Shown piece after piece: positions 48,143-61,560 of a DNA stretch of 64,000 bases; within the stretch, counting starts at the first letter, position 1; each line of letters starts with the position of its first letter. Below the pieces are notes generated by a model. That model saw nothing but the letters and a program-made list of their open reading frames with translations, had not been told where the DNA came from and made no database searches. Origin of the DNA: Leptogorgia sarmentosa (Eukaryota); assembly GCA_964658305.1 (NCBI GenBank), contig OZ210885.1:12958001-13022000 (forward strand), given 5' to 3'. The translations under genes and the position numbers were made by a program.

Positions 48143-48214
48143 GCCGTGATCGTATAGTGGTTAGTACATTGCGTTGTGGCCGCAATAACCCAGGTTCGAA
48201 TCCTGGTCACGGCA
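48143..48214 (+). tRNA. tRNA-His(GTG)
   Basis: GCCGTGATCGTATAGTGGTTAGTACATTGCGTTGTGGCCGCAATAACCCAGGTTCGAATCCTGGTCACGGCA. Confidence 0.95.
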
Positions 48215-48712
48215 TCTGTTTCATACAGCCAAAAGTATTGTAATTACCATTACGGAAATTCTTACCGTTGAAGTTCTGTTTATTATTGCCGTTGGATGTG
48301 AAGAGAAAATAAAAGCTATATTTTCGATCCGAAGACAATTTTTGCTTTGTTTAGCGCGTCCGCTATCTTTGTTTTGTTTTGAAGCAATCTGTAGCTTGAG
48401 CTCTGATTTGATTGGTTCAAAGTAATAACAGAAAATGGCACTGTGATTACACAAAATTATACTATGATTTGGGATTAACTGCACTGAAATAAACCAATCA
48501 CAGTCGAGCTATACATTTACGTATATTATTAAGAAAGAAACACCCTAAAGAATCCATTTTATTCGCACGCAACCTTGGGCTCAGGCCCCACGCAACGGTA
48601 TAACCTCTTCTCACTATTCTACATATTATTCACAGTATGGCGCTTAGAGTGTAGGCCAGTTGTAGATGTGAATCTTTAGTTCAACAACGCGAAACCTGTT
48701 GGTTGTAGCAAC

Positions 48713-48794
48713 GTAGTCGTGGCCGAGCGGTTAAGGCGACAGACTAGAAATCTGTTGGGAGTTTCCCGCGCAGGTTCAAATCCTGCCGATTACG
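48713..48794 (+). tRNA. tRNA-Ser(AGA)
   Basis: GTAGTCGTGGCCGAGCGGTTAAGGCGACAGACTAGAAATCTGT...GCAGGTTCAAATCCTGCCGATTACG. Confidence 0.92.
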
Positions 48795-49196
48795 TTATGC
48801 AAAGTCTTTAAAATTTTGGCCTCGAATATAAACATGAATTTTTTTGGAAAACTCGATGAGAGGAAGTTCTGTTTTCGGTGGTGATGGCTTAGTGTTTAAA
48901 GTGACAGATTCAATGTACAAGTTTTCCATCTACAAAATCAAAGGAAAGAAATCCCGTTTTTATTGTATTAAGGTTATGAAACTGAAATGCAACGAAATTG
49001 AAATTGAAATGCAACGAAATGAAAATATTCTGGGTTAGAATTCCAGGAAACTGTTTTGGAAAAGCAAAATCATGACAACAAAGGCTTCAATACAGAAAAC
49101 ACCAAAAGAATGAGTAAGAGGGATAGAGATATTATAATAGCAATGGTTTTGCTAATTTCTCGAATTGCATAGTTCTCCCTTCTCTCGCAAGTGTTA

Positions 49197-49270
49197 TTCC
49201 CATGCCGGGAATCGAACCCGGGCCTTGGCGGAGAGAGCGCTAGATATCCTGACCATTGGACTACATTGGA
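49197..49270 (-). pseudogene. Degenerate tRNA-Glu(CTC)
   Basis: Intact 3' half GGCCCGGGTTCGATTCCCGGCATGGGAA. The D and anticodon arms are mutated. Confidence 0.65.
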
Positions 49271-49405
49271 GAAACATTTATTTTTTCTCGGAATGTGAAA
49301 ATAACGATAATATTTTTAATTTGAATTTGGAAGAAAATTTCCGGAGATAACTACGAGTGAGAGTACTACGTTGGAAAAAACATGCTAGGAAGATATTAGC
49401 ATGTC

Positions 49406-49478
49406 GCCTCATTAGCTCAGGGGATAGAGCACTGGTTTCGTAAACCAGGGGTCCATAGTTCAATTCTCTGATGAGGCT
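49406..49478 (+). tRNA. tRNA-Thr(CGT)
   Basis: Inverted paralog of 20721-20793 with a few substitutions. Confidence 0.8.
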
Positions 49479-49697
49479 GTATCAATAAGTATTCATTGTG
49501 AATAAGAATTCATCCATTTCCTTTTTGTAATTGGTTACAAGATATGCAGTTAACTCTCCAGATTGTATGAGAAGTGTGACCTGAAACAAAATTTTTGAAG
49601 TGAGTTTATTTCATGAAAAACACGTGATAATACGGGAAATTAAGTGGAAATTAACTTCATAATTGGATTTATATTGAGTTTCAATAGGGCAGAAGTT

Positions 49698-49782
49698 GCC
49701 TGTTTAGCTCAGGGGGTAGAGCACTGTTTTAGTAAAACAGCTAGGAAACCAGGGGTCCAGAGTTCAAATCTCTGATGAGGCT
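49698..49782 (+). pseudogene. Chimeric tRNA-Thr (5' half of an AGT copy fused to the 3' half of another Thr gene)
   Basis: ...TTTAGTAAAACAG-CTAGGAAACCAGGGGTCCAGAGTTCAAATC..., with the anticodon arm duplicated. Confidence 0.7.
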
Positions 49783-49899
49783 TTGTGAATAAGTGTTCAT
49801 CCATTCCCTTTTTTGTAACTGGTTACAACGTATGCAGTTAACTCTCGAGATTATGGGAAGTGTGACCCGAAAGAAAACACGTGATAATACGGGAATTGG

Positions 49900-49952
49900 C
49901 CCCGGCCCATGGCGACGAAAACGCCAGATCCTAACCACTAGACCACATGGGA
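49900..49952 (-). pseudogene. tRNA-Glu(TTC) 5' part
   Basis: Reverse complement TCCCATGTGGTCTAGTGGTTAGGATCTGGCGTTTTCG..., truncated before the T-loop. Confidence 0.72.
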
Positions 49953-49997
49953 GTGATAACTTGTTCACTATTCCTGTGCTTCAAAGCCAGTTTAATT

Positions 49998-50068
49998 TGC
50001 GTTGCCGGGGAATCGAACCCCGGTCTCCCGCGTGGCAGGCGAGAATTCTACCACTGAACCACCAACGC
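49998..50068 (-). tRNA. tRNA-Gly(GCC)
   Basis: Reverse complement GCGTTGGTGGTTCAGTGGTAGAATTCTCGCCTGCCACGCGGGAGACCGGGGTTCGATTCCCCGGCAACGCA. Confidence 0.9.
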
Positions 50069-50354
50069 AAAGTTGCCCAATTCTTTCGTTATAATGTTCA
50101 TATTCCTCAAGATGCCGAACATTTTCACCAAACACCTTCAAATAATAAATCAGAGTAAGTTCTAGGAAATTTTGACACTTTAAACATGATCGATCAGCAA
50201 AATCAATTTTTTTGTTGAAAAGCAAGATCATGTCAACAAAGACTTAAATACAGAAAACACCAAAAGAATGTGTAAGAGGGATAGAGCTAGTATAATAGCA
50301 ATGGTTTTGCTAATTTTTCGAATTGCATATTTTTTCCTTCTCTCGCAAGTATTA

Positions 50355-50429
50355 TTCCCACGCCGGGAATCGAACCAGGGCCATGAGGGTAAAAACGCTG
50401 GATTCAAACCAGAGAACCACACCATGGGA
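50355..50429 (-). pseudogene. Highly degenerate tRNA-Glu-like copy
   Basis: Retains TCCCA...GGTTCGATTCCCGGCGTGGGAA. Shares its flank with 49197-49270. Confidence 0.55.
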
Positions 50430-50798
50430 GTGACAATTTGTGGATTATTTGTGACATGTGAAGAGAAACGTGCAAGTTTCGGCAGAGCCTATTTTTGAAT
50501 ATTTTGTAGTGCAGCGAATTTTATTGCCTTCCCCTTCCTCCATCCATGTTGCAATTCAGAGTTAATCGAATCAAATTGATCCAAGAGAGAGATTAATGAC
50601 AAGTTGAGCTTGTTATTTTAATTACTGAGGGGACACTAAGCGATAGAAACCAATGCAAAAACGAGGGTAAAATTAGAATAATGTTAATTTTACTTTCTTC
50701 TGTTGTGGGTTAAATTATCAATTTTAACAAATAATAGAGAGGAAGCATCATGTTTTAAAACTAACGTCAGCTCAATATAGCCATGAGCAACGAAAATT

Positions 50799-50880
50799 TG
50801 GCAGCGGTGGGATTCGAACCCACGCCATCGAAATGACTGGTGCCTTAAACCAGCGCCTTAGACCACTCGGCCACGCTACC
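50799..50880 (-). tRNA. tRNA-Leu(AAG)
   Basis: Reverse complement GGTAGCGTGGCCGAGTGGTCTAAGGCGCTGGT TTAAGGC ACCAG...GTGGGTTCGAATCCCACCGCTGCCA. Confidence 0.93.
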
Positions 50881-51194
50881 TGTGACGTGCTGACAATATA
50901 ATTTCTTTTTAGTAAACATCCACATTGTTTGAAGAGATTGCTTTCGCTATCAACGAAACGTAGAAATGTGAAACAATGGGGAAATATTGTCGTGCTAAGG
51001 TTCTGTGGTGTAATGGCTGCAGGTTCTCTTAGCTGGTAAATAACATGGAATATATATCCCTACCTAAATATTTATATCACTACCTTGAAATTACAAATAT
51101 TTGAAGATACTTTTGCCTGTTGTATTTACCTTATTTTAGTAGAAGAATACTCCCATAGCGTGTCACCTGCACAAGCACAAGCACAAGCAGCTTA

Positions 51195-51385
51195 AAACAC
51201 TACATAGGCATGTCAGCAAGCAAATTTAAAGAATGATATTGAAACCACATTAAGTCTTTTAACCACAAAAGCTACTCAAATGAAACAAAACTTTCGAAAT
51301 ATATTTGGGGACTAAAAGATAACAAGATAGATTTCGACATTAATTAATACGTGGTCAATAATTGCACAGTGTATTTCGTATACGG
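51195..51385 (+). pseudogene. Penelope-like element GIY-YIG endonuclease fragment
   Basis: Manual translation KHYIGMSASKFKE*Y*NHIKSFNHKSYSNETKLSKYIWGLKDNKIDFDI. Both stops are TGA at expected Arg (CGA) positions. Confidence 0.8.
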
Positions 51386-52248
51386 GATATATATTTCACC
51401 TTTTTAAAAACCTGGGAAGATTTTTTCATGATACCAAGATAGACTAATGTTTGTTCAAATCCCGCGCGCTAAATTCTTCGCATTAAGATTATCACTGAAA
51501 AACGTTTTAAAAAATAAAGACAATAAGATTGTTATAATAAAACTACTCTTTTGTTGTCTCATCTGTGAAGCGATGTATAGTTTTGAAGAATCGAAGAGTC
51601 GAAGAGTTGAAGAAGTGTTGTGAATTCCGTACGTGTTCGTCATTCGTTCGTGCATCGTTTGGCCTTGATTTTGGCAGCAGTACTCTTCGTGTTCGTGCCT
51701 GTTTGCGGGGCCCTCTAGGGGGTAACGCTAAGGCGGTGGTCTTTACTTCCAATCTTGCTGCGTGCCTCTGTTGTCAGGTTGAGGTGCTTGACTGAAACCT
51801 GACGTCTCAGTTCCTCTTATCTTTTGTCCGTGTTTTGAGAATTTAGATCCTCGTTTGCCACGCATAGTGTGGGCCTTAGCGTACACAGTTAACAGTTAAT
51901 AAGTTCTTTCGAGACTGGGATCTCGTTTAAGGTTACATTAGGAGTAACACATAGTAATCTTGTTGAGATGCACACAGTTTTTTCAGTATTAAAAGTTAGT
52001 TTTTATTTCGAGACTGGGATCTCGTTTAAGCTTACATTAGGATAATTACGCGGATACGAACGTGAGGAAGGCTCTAATCCATCTTACTATAGCTGAGCGT
52101 ACGTTCAATTTTTGCAACTCGGTGATTATAGACTAGTGTGATGATCGACTAAGTCGAATTTACTATAATACAGAAAGAATGCTCCGATTCAAACGGGTAA
52201 AAATTCTTCAACCTTATTTATACTCCAACCAATATTGAATAACGAATA

Positions 52249-52575
52249 CAGTGTGTCCAACAAAAAAACGCAATCCTACGTTCAAATGCAATTTTCATTA
52301 CGAAAAGAAATAGAAAATAGGCTATATTTACCATCGTTAGAAAGCTCTATCATTCCGCTTTCTTAAGACGGCTTGTTTGTTAAATTTGAGTTGGAAATGA
52401 GCGAGTAATGTTAATTTTTGTAAGTATGATTGGACAATTTAAAATTTGAGATAGCTCGAATTTTATTTATTTTAGTTGGTTGCAATCATTCAACGTGGCT
52501 GCCATTTCTCAGCACACACAAATCACTTCGACGTTGCATTTCCCCCGTGCAACTCTTCTTATTAGTTCATGATTT
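52249..52575 (-). mobile_element. 3' end of a Tc1/mariner-superfamily element
   Basis: TA-CAGTGTGTCC terminus. The minus strand encodes ...MQRRSDLCVLRNGSHVE*, the typical transposase C-terminus. Confidence 0.6.
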
Positions 52576-55500
52576 CCATCTGCTTCAATCTGTATCTGCC
52601 GGTATTTTAGAAATTTAGAATTTTTTCTTACCAATAAAATTAACCAATAACTAATTGGTCATTTTAACCAGTAATAATTGGTTAATATAACCAAATATTT
52701 TGGTTGTTTTAACCAATTGATGAATGGTTAATATAATGGTAAAAAACGACCAATTTTAATTGGTCTAAAGAACCAATTTAATTTTAATTGATTCCTCAGA
52801 TGAATCTGCAGATGACCAGTATTACACCTGCGCTATAAAACAATACACAACAGTGAGGATATGTATACATTATGGTATTATTTATTACAAAATTATAAAC
52901 AGAGGGAAAGAAACCTCTTTCGAAGCTTCAAGCGAGGAATCATGTGATAAATATCAGTCATACTGGGTCGAAAAAATCTTCTCCGGCTTCCTCGTTTGTT
53001 GACAGTAAATCATAAAGGTTATATTTGAAAGAAAACCAAAACATGCCGACACGTGTCTGTGACGCGTGAACGCGGGATATTGGAAAGACGACGGATTACT
53101 AAAAGTATTCACAGATCGCAATGACGCATGAGTTCAAATTATAACTTAAACCGTGATCAGTATTTTCATAACAACTACATAAACACAATCGTAAGACAAG
53201 CGATATGCCCTGAAGTATTAATCGAGAGGCTTAAAACCGTATTAAAGAGCAAGCAATAAACGCGTTAGTTTCATTTAAACCCACCAAAATATGTATGTTG
53301 CATACCTTCAAAGACAGTTTAAATCACCCAAATTCTTGCTCTTCAAGAACTCAACATTCTCTCTTGCTCTTCAAGAACTCAATAAGATCTCCAATCTGAA
53401 CTGTGCTGATTCAACTCTTTTGCAAACCGGGCGGCCATCATCTTCCGGAACCTATTCAGCGCAAGAAGGTTCCTGCACTGGTGGTACACGTGTTGGGTGT
53501 TGCACCGATGACTTTTCTTTTTTTTGCGCCTTTTTTTTCGGATTTGCGGGTCAAATTTAGTAATTTGTATAAATTATGTAAATACAGTGTCTGTAAATAC
53601 ACTTGTGCAGAACTTCATAAAATGCACAATTTCTACAGCTTGCACAAGCATCGCATACTTTCTTCGTTGTAACATTGCACAACACTATGCCTTCTGGCTG
53701 TCGTAAAGGTCATCTACCATCATGATCACTGGCTGGATCTGCCGGGATATTTCCTGGTCCAGAGTCGAACCAATTTGGCTGTCATTGATATGCACACAGT
53801 TTTTTTCAGTATTAAAAATTAGTAGTTTTTTTATCATCAGCCATCAGATTATGTCAGTTGCATTCTCACAAATCAGAATGGCTTTTATTATTAGCTATTA
53901 ATGGGTTAACAAGACAGAATTCACACACACAACCATGAATCACAAACTTGATTTCAAATAATAAGGACAATTTAAAACGTTTCCCACCTTCGTATCCAAG
54001 CGTTGAAGATTCTGGGCAGCATTCTTTACTTCTTTAGTCTTCTGAACCTTCGCAATCCAACCTAACCTTTTTTTGCGCATATATTCTCCGACATTGAAGC
54101 GAGAATAATTTGTGGCCTTTCTAAAAGGCATTTTATTTATTGTCCTAAGACATTTTCCACGAAACAAAAAACATACAAACTTTAAAAGGACTTTTTACTT
54201 CGATATACACCAAAAATTAAACAAAAAAAGTTAAAACGAACGAGCCTATACAAGACGAAGTTTATACACTTTCACAACTTTAACCAAAGGTCGCCATTTC
54301 GCTCGTATGCCTCGAACAAGAACGGCGCCAGAGGAATTGTTTTGTTGGTTTCCATGGCAATATTGATACCATTTTCATGCGCAAGAGTCCCTCTATTTAC
54401 CTATATATCTCACGTTACACCCCGAAAAACGAGCAAAGCAAAATTCCACGTGCAAATGAAGGAATTTTTCAATTTCTAAATTCGCTACCAGTCTCCCGAA
54501 AATCTCGCGATATTGTCCCAATATGAATGACCGTTTTCGTGTGCAAAAAAGCCAGGCGTGTTTACTTACATATTCTCATCATCATTCCGATCCACATCCT
54601 CATCCACATCGTTCACCTGTTGAGACGCAAATAATTTAAATCAACGAAAGATCAATTTTTGCGAGTGTATGGGATTTATCGCGTGATTTTAATGACGATG
54701 CAATGCAGGCGTGACCGCCTTAACAAGTACGATTGTACTATTGGACCAGGAACTGGTCCTGAAACAAAGCAAATGGCACGATTTCATTTTGACGTATTTT
54801 GACACACGCAACATTAACGCAACTTATCTGTTCCTAATACACGATCTTGCATGTATGTAATGGTTTACTGCTATAGGGAATAAGCGAATAACGCAAATAC
54901 TAATTCCTTCAGTTAATTATTCAGCTAATTAAATATTCCATGATCACAATGACACCGCGGGTCCGCGGGCAGTCCAAACATGTACAAATGTGTCAGTGCC
55001 GACACGCTTTACTTGTAAAGGAAGCTCATATAACTATCAGGCAGTAATCAATGCTTGAAATTTTATTATTATATATTTACCTGCTCAGACTCTTCACCTT
55101 CGAAGATAGTTCTTTGAAATAAGGAAAAACACTTTAGCGTATCGATCAGAAGGGACATTTTTCCGAAATCTTTGTTTACTGAACTAACCTTGCCTCAGGC
55201 GGTAAATCCGCCATGAGCAATCTTCCATTATCTGAGCCATCAAGCAGTGATGATCTGCCTCTTAATACTTGTTGCTCGTTTCTCTCTCTCAGAAAATTCC
55301 TTACTTCTTTCAGACGCTAAAATGGCAGGACATACAAACGTGCTTCATGAAGATTGCACAACATAGTGATTCTAAAACAAAGTATCGTATCAAATCACGC
55401 ATAATTTGCATGAAACACATGCATTGCCTTAATTATTTTACTTTCCCCTGTCAAATTCTGCCATCGTTCTGTTTGACCACAACTTAAAAATTGTAATTCA

Positions 55501-56720
55501 TACCTCATTTTCCCACTGCAGCTGAACAAGTTTAGCCGCGAGACGCTTGTATTCAATCTCAGCCTAAAAATAGAACGTGTATATTATATATTTAGTTGAG
55601 TGAAACATTTCTCAAGATCCAGGACTCGTTCCGGTCAAAAACAGAAAAGACTGAAGCAAAATATTTTGCTAAATACTGCATAGAAATCGGCAGAAATATT
55701 CACGAAAATCTTTTGTGTTGTACACGTGGGCTTTCTAATAAATTGTGATCGATAAAAAGCGAATGCAGTGATTAACAATTATTGGATGAGGTTTTTGTGA
55801 TATGCGGAATTATCAAGGTCGAGGTAAGCGTTATGAGCCGAGCCGAAACCGAATTCAAAAATTGTTTTATTATACATTTGAAGAATAATAAACAATGTAT
55901 TAATGCATGAAAAACTTCATTTATCAAAACATAGGCTCATTTTGTACATAATTAGTTATCTGCAAGCAGATAACTGGATTTCCTGTGGGTTGCGTGATTG
56001 CGCGATTTAACTGTAAGCTCTTAGCCAATCAGATTGCTTTTACCATCTACAATGTATAATAATCCACCTTGTCCCCTCTTTGTGCATTTTCCGCCACACA
56101 CGTTTTTAAGTGATCAACCTGCAAATAAATAAATGTAAAATATTCAATACGAAATCCAAACACGTAGGTTTCTCCTCGTGTTCTGGAGACACAAGTTTTA
56201 TTGCCTATTAATTTTCAAGAAGATTGAAAATGATCTCCGCAACCTTGTTGTATTATACAAACGTAAAATATCTTCTTCTCGTAATTTTCCAGCCTTCTTT
56301 CTATCGATTCTTTTTTCCGTAGATCCTAAAGATAATTACGAAAGAATTTTTTGACTGTTTAAAAATCTCCCACAGAACACTTGAATGAAAAAACACAGGA
56401 CACACAAACGATCCATCCATTCACGCACTTCTTGCTCGTCAATTTCTTGCTGCATATTTTTTTGTGTAATTTCCGTCAATTCCTCTAAATGACGTAAGAA
56501 AAAGCAATCAAGTTACCATGAAGATTAAACACAACTTCAGTTACTAATCAATGATGGTATTAAGAAATAATAAAAAATCCTTACTCAACTTTTTCTTGTA
56601 CCCTTTAGCCTAAAGGAATGAAAGCGTCTGATTACTTCACATCACGATATCACGGTTCATTTACAGCAACAACTAAGTCATCGGCTTCAGAATTTTTAGA
56701 TCAATTTCTTATAGAAATAC

Positions 56721-57513
56721 TATAGGTAGCCCAACGCACGCATGACGTAACATTCAGTAGTATAATATGATCATATATATCATAATATCATAATATATCA
56801 TATTATTATATTATTATATACACAAGCGCTGGATATGAGCTATTCTGCAATCTGATTGGCTCCCTACTAGCAGGATATTAGCTCATATCCTGCTAGTAGA
56901 GAAAAACAAACAGAATGGCGGAACGAGCGAAGCCGGAATTGAAGTTTTCAACAGTTAAAAACATCTTTGCGATTGATTAAAAGAATAAAATTCAAGAAGT
57001 TTAGTTGTAAATGTTTATTGCGCAGTTTTCAATCTGGAAAACCTGACTCGACGCTGTAATATTCATCGCTTGACTGAGTTGGATCGCTTGTTGCTGTTTG
57101 TTGACATTTTACAACGGTGAAATTTGTGTTGTAGCTACTTTCAACTGCAGAAAAATACAGATGAAAACTGCTGAAATTTAAAACTAGCTATAGTTTAAAC
57201 GAAACGTCGACTATTTTAATTCCGTAACTGTTGTTTTTTCCGTGCTTTTTGGCGTGTATTTATGAAGTAAAACTGTTTTTGTAAATATGTCGATTTCAAA
57301 GCGATAGAACACTTTGAAATTATATTCAGTTATTAACTAAAATACAAATAAATTTGGAAGTTGTTTTTTTCCAGTGCTTGTGTACATACTAAAACAGTTA
57401 TTCTGCTCAATCTCGTCGTATATGACGAGAGCGCATATACGACTCGAGTTCGCAGAATAACTGTTAATTATACTACTGGATGTTACGTCATGCGTGCGTT
57501 GGGCTACCCTATG
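56721..57513. mobile_element. P-like MITE paralog with a different central insert
   Basis: Same TIRs, GAAATAC TSD at 56714-56720 and 57514-57520. Confidence 0.8.
56805..57468 (-). mobile_element. Hairpin/CCAATCA-type element, reverse orientation
   Basis: TATTATA...CTGATTGGC (56852) at the left end and a shortened palindrome AACAGTTATTCTGC...GCAGAATAACTGTT (57393-57465) at the right end. Confidence 0.65.
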
Positions 57514-58463
57514 GAAATACTCCTCCAGCCGTATTATAGCAAGATATGATCTTATATCCACGTATAACATGTGCATTTATATTTAATAAAGCACCGATCG
57601 TTCTACATGTGTTGTTAGATTATTGAAAGTTTGTGCACGATGGCGTTTTAACATGAGGCTGAATGGATAATACATTAAAAAACGTACGACAGTTTCTTTC
57701 GTGTGGCGAAGGACATGTACTTCATCTCGTAACTCTCGAGATTCTTGAGCCAGACTTTGAAGTTGTGCTATCTATAATACAAAAAAACACGACTCAAAAA
57801 CATGTCAGTGCTTTTTATCTTTTAATTTAATTGCTGCTCTTCAAATTCGATCTACTCACTCGCTCACACAAACCTATAATTAAGTGTTCTTTCTCGTATG
57901 AGTCGCATCTAGTACGAAGTTCATCCCGATCTATAAATAATAGTGAAATTTGTAAAGAAAGAACCGACTTTTGAAAAAAAAAGAAAACAAAACAAACAAT
58001 CCAGTACTATAGGGAGAGTTTCAACACGAACATACTTGACTCAAGAGCGCAGTTCTCTTACCTTAGTTTTTCCACCTCTTCCCTTGATTGTTCCGCCTCT
58101 AGTCGAAGCCTGAAACATTCATCAGGATCTCAGCAAAAATAATTGCCTGTCAGGGACTGTAGTATCTTCATATCTCTGATTTTATGAGTAATACAAGCAA
58201 GCATTTCAAACGCTTCTTGAAAACTTTCCAGTAGTTACTGCATTTCGTAAACACATTGTTTATTGGACAACATAGAACCATAGAACTTAATTATACTATA
58301 GTCTTAAAATGTAATGCAATGTTAATGCAACAATGGGGGGCTCAACTTGCTTTGCCCTGCATCGCACTTGTGCTTTACTGCAGTGTATAGTCCACTTCAA
58401 GAAAAAGATTTATAAATTTTTAAAGCAGTTTACGAACCCATATTGGTTATTATGAGTTCTTAA

Positions 58464-58802
58464 AGAATGAGTCTCAAGGTAATGCATTGCGCGCTTGGTC
58501 AATACTTGATCGGCCATGTCTGTGAGCGGCGCATCGTCCCCAAAGCGTGGACGTGGTTGATCGTCCTTGGTATCGTATTGCGAGACATTTAAATCTTCAT
58601 CGGTCTCCGAATCAGACATTTCATTTAGAAAAATATCAAAAGGTTTGTGAACGGATAGCAAAATGCCGAGTTGTCATATGTAATACGAAAGAAACGCTGC
58701 AACAGACGCAATATTATGCAAATCGCAATTGCTACTGTGACGTCATTCCAGGTTGTAAACAATAACAATAAGCGCGCAATGCATTACCCTGAGACTCATT
58801 TT
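58464..58802. mobile_element. Kolobok-like TTAA MITE paralog, internally deleted
   Basis: Same TIRs and TTAA flanks. ~190 bp deleted between GCCAT microhomologies. Confidence 0.82.
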
Positions 58803-59539
58803 TTAACTGTTTTTAAGAACTTGAACTTTCAGATCTTCATTTTCCGCTTCAAGTATGGAATTGTGCTCTCTCAACAATGCCATAACTACATTGTGGGAAT
58901 TAAAACAAATTTATATGTATACCTACAAGCCATCACTTTTCTTTATTGATTGTTGTAAACTTATGCTGACAAAACCTGGTTTAGTCATTTACTCAGCGTT
59001 ACACAATGTAATATGTGCCACTAAAAAAATTAATGATCGACCATAACAGTACATATGCTCATACTTGTCCATCACGTTCATGACATCTTTGAGAAACGTC
59101 TTCATTTTGGGCCAAAATGAAACTCAATTGATGCTGAAAAAATACACATAATTACACTGTTCAATTGTACTGTATCTCCTAATATTATTTTCCATTTAGT
59201 CCATTTTTTACTACACATACACAGTTACAGTTGCAGTGTGTTTAAAAACAATCATGTATCTCTAGATCTTGAAATGCATCATAATAAATATCAACAGGAC
59301 TTGAAAAATCCCCATTTTGTAACTACACCAACAAAAAAATGTTCACATTAATTTTTCTGTTCATTTTTCAATACATAATGAGAAGACGCTGCACAATATA
59401 CCTCTTGAATGGCATGCATGATTACTTCTCGCACGTCATCTGCCTGTTTCATGATTTTTGTTATGAATTCTAATAGAAAATATCTACCATTAATAAATTG
59501 TTTAATATCTATAGTGGCATTGCACTTGCACATGATCTA

Positions 59540-60428
59540 CACCTTTTCCAGGTCATTTTCAGTGATTTCTAAACGAATTTCAGAAAACGCAGGTCAATTT
59601 CAGACATTTGCAAGTGAGGTTCAGTTAATACAAGTCTATTTCAGACATTGACACATTCATTTCAAAAGTGTTCAAATGAATTTCAGGTTAAGGAAATGAA
59701 GGTGCAGAAGTGCAAGTGAATTTCAGAAATGTTCAAGTAAACTTCAGATAATGCAATACAATTTCACACAATTCATAATGGATTTCAGACTCATTCATTT
59801 TGAATTCAAGAATATTTTAGCATTACCTTCATTCATTAATTTTTCTTACATGATTATTACACACAAAATTTTTTTGCTACAATCTAACAAATACCATGAT
59901 ATTACTTCTATCCGTGGGCGATATTCGATTATAAAGACAACCGAGGCATTGTACTGTAGAGTAACAAGAGCAAGCGAGGTTACAAGTAGGAGATTTACGT
60001 CCAACGTTTTATGATCGTCTGCTTGCCAACCAAACTACAGCTCTTTTTAAACCTATCGTTGTTGTATTTGCATGTAATTTCCTACGGTATTTTCTTGCTT
60101 ATATGAACACAGGTATTAATCCCTGTAATTCTAAGGGAATAGACAGATTGAGCGTGTCTGAATTTTGTTTGGTATTCCCTGAAATGTACTTGTTAATGTT
60201 TGAATTTCAATTGCAAATATCTGATTTTGTTATGGAGAATCTGAATATCTTTTGGACTAATCTGAAAATTTACCTGACATATTTGCAAACATATGGAAAT
60301 ATATGAATTTCATTTGGAAAATTTGAATATCAGTTATAAAGTTCTGAAATTTATTTGTCTAAACTGAATATTATCTAAAAATATTTGAATTTCATCTTGA
60401 ATTGTCTAAAAATGACCTGGGAAAGGTG
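59540..60428. mobile_element. CAC/TA TIR element paralog
   Basis: TA-CACCTTTTCCAGGTCATTTT ... AAAATGACCTGGGAAAGGTG-TA. Confidence 0.75.
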
Positions 60429-61040
60429 TAGTCTCTACATGCAGCTAAGATAAAATTGGCCTGTAGGTGGTACACTTCAGGAACCAAAGCAGCAGGGTAA
60501 GGTACAAGGTTAAAATGCACTGTTTTGTACAAAGATTACCTTGTTTCCCATCACAAGTGACGGCACATCCGAGAATTGATTGGAGCAACCGCCCCAACTC
60601 CTTCTTGTCATGTTTTTCAGCTGTAATTTGGAAATATTGTGAACTCAAATACTGCAGCAATATCAAAGTGTTAAAATTCATAAAATCTGTGTACTGGTAT
60701 AGATCTGTTAATTGGTAGGACTTACCAATACAAGCAACTTCAGGCAGTGTAAATTGGTCCATTTCAATATTGGGAACCTGTAGTTGAAATAAAGCTTTTT
60801 TTACATGAAAAAGTAATATAAAGTAATATAGAGACGTAAATAAGTCGTTAATCCCCGAGCCAAGGCGCGAAGCGCCGTCCGGGCGGTCATACTAAATACC
60901 GTCAACAACCGTCAACTACTGTCAACCACCGTCAACAGGTCGATAAATACCGTCAACAAGCGACAACAAGCAGCACATACCGTCAACAAGCAGAAAATTC
61001 CGTAAATTTATATATCTAAACATGTTTAAATCTTAATTAA

Positions 61041-61560
61041 CTAAATTCGATAAATTAGGTGGTTCTTGTAGTATGCGAAGTTTAACACCAGTTCTACGCA
61101 GGTGCGGACTCTCAGCTCGCATGACAATGTTTCATCACCTTGAATTGCGACCGAAACTGAGTTGAACAGGCAATTACCATCGCCTTTCACATGGACTGGT
61201 ACTCGGGATACCGTTCCACACAAGTTGATCACAGACTGGGAATACTCGTGAATCTTGTTGCTGGTTGGTAAATCCGATTGCTTCCTTTGATTCGGCAGCT
61301 TGAAGGGATGATTCTTAAGTAGAATCGACTCCAGGATCGCGGCATGGTGAAGATTCTTTTCATTTGGTAAAAAAACCTAACAAATATAAAATGCGTAACA
61401 AAGGGCAATGGGATGTTTAAGCCATACTTCATATTTAAAGTTTCGTGAATATTGGGATAGCGTGTGAAGGCATTTCTTCTTGCTGGTCTTGTCGAGATTT
61501 TCAAAGTGAGCAGGAGGTTTGCGCCCTGATTTCAAAAAATCGTGGACGTCTTGCACAGAA
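61041..61560 (-). pseudogene. OTU/vertnin-like fragment paralog
   Basis: GDGNCLFNSVS motif, frameshifted relative to copy A. Confidence 0.75.

Larger units (their letters stand above)
56075..60777 (-). pseudogene. Second Hook-like pseudogene copy (single set of exons)
   Basis: Same exons as copy A. Deletion in the YKKKL exon (~56600), stops, and a TTAA MITE in an exon. Confidence 0.85.

Noticed and set aside
52625..52790. Dense AACCAAT/ATTGGTT motifs
   Set aside because: Looks like orphan subterminal repeats of a DNA transposon with no identifiable terminus. Not evidence of a CCAAT promoter.
53290..53780. Cys-containing, coding-looking minus-strand segment
   Set aside because: Multiple stops in all frames and no family recognisable by eye.
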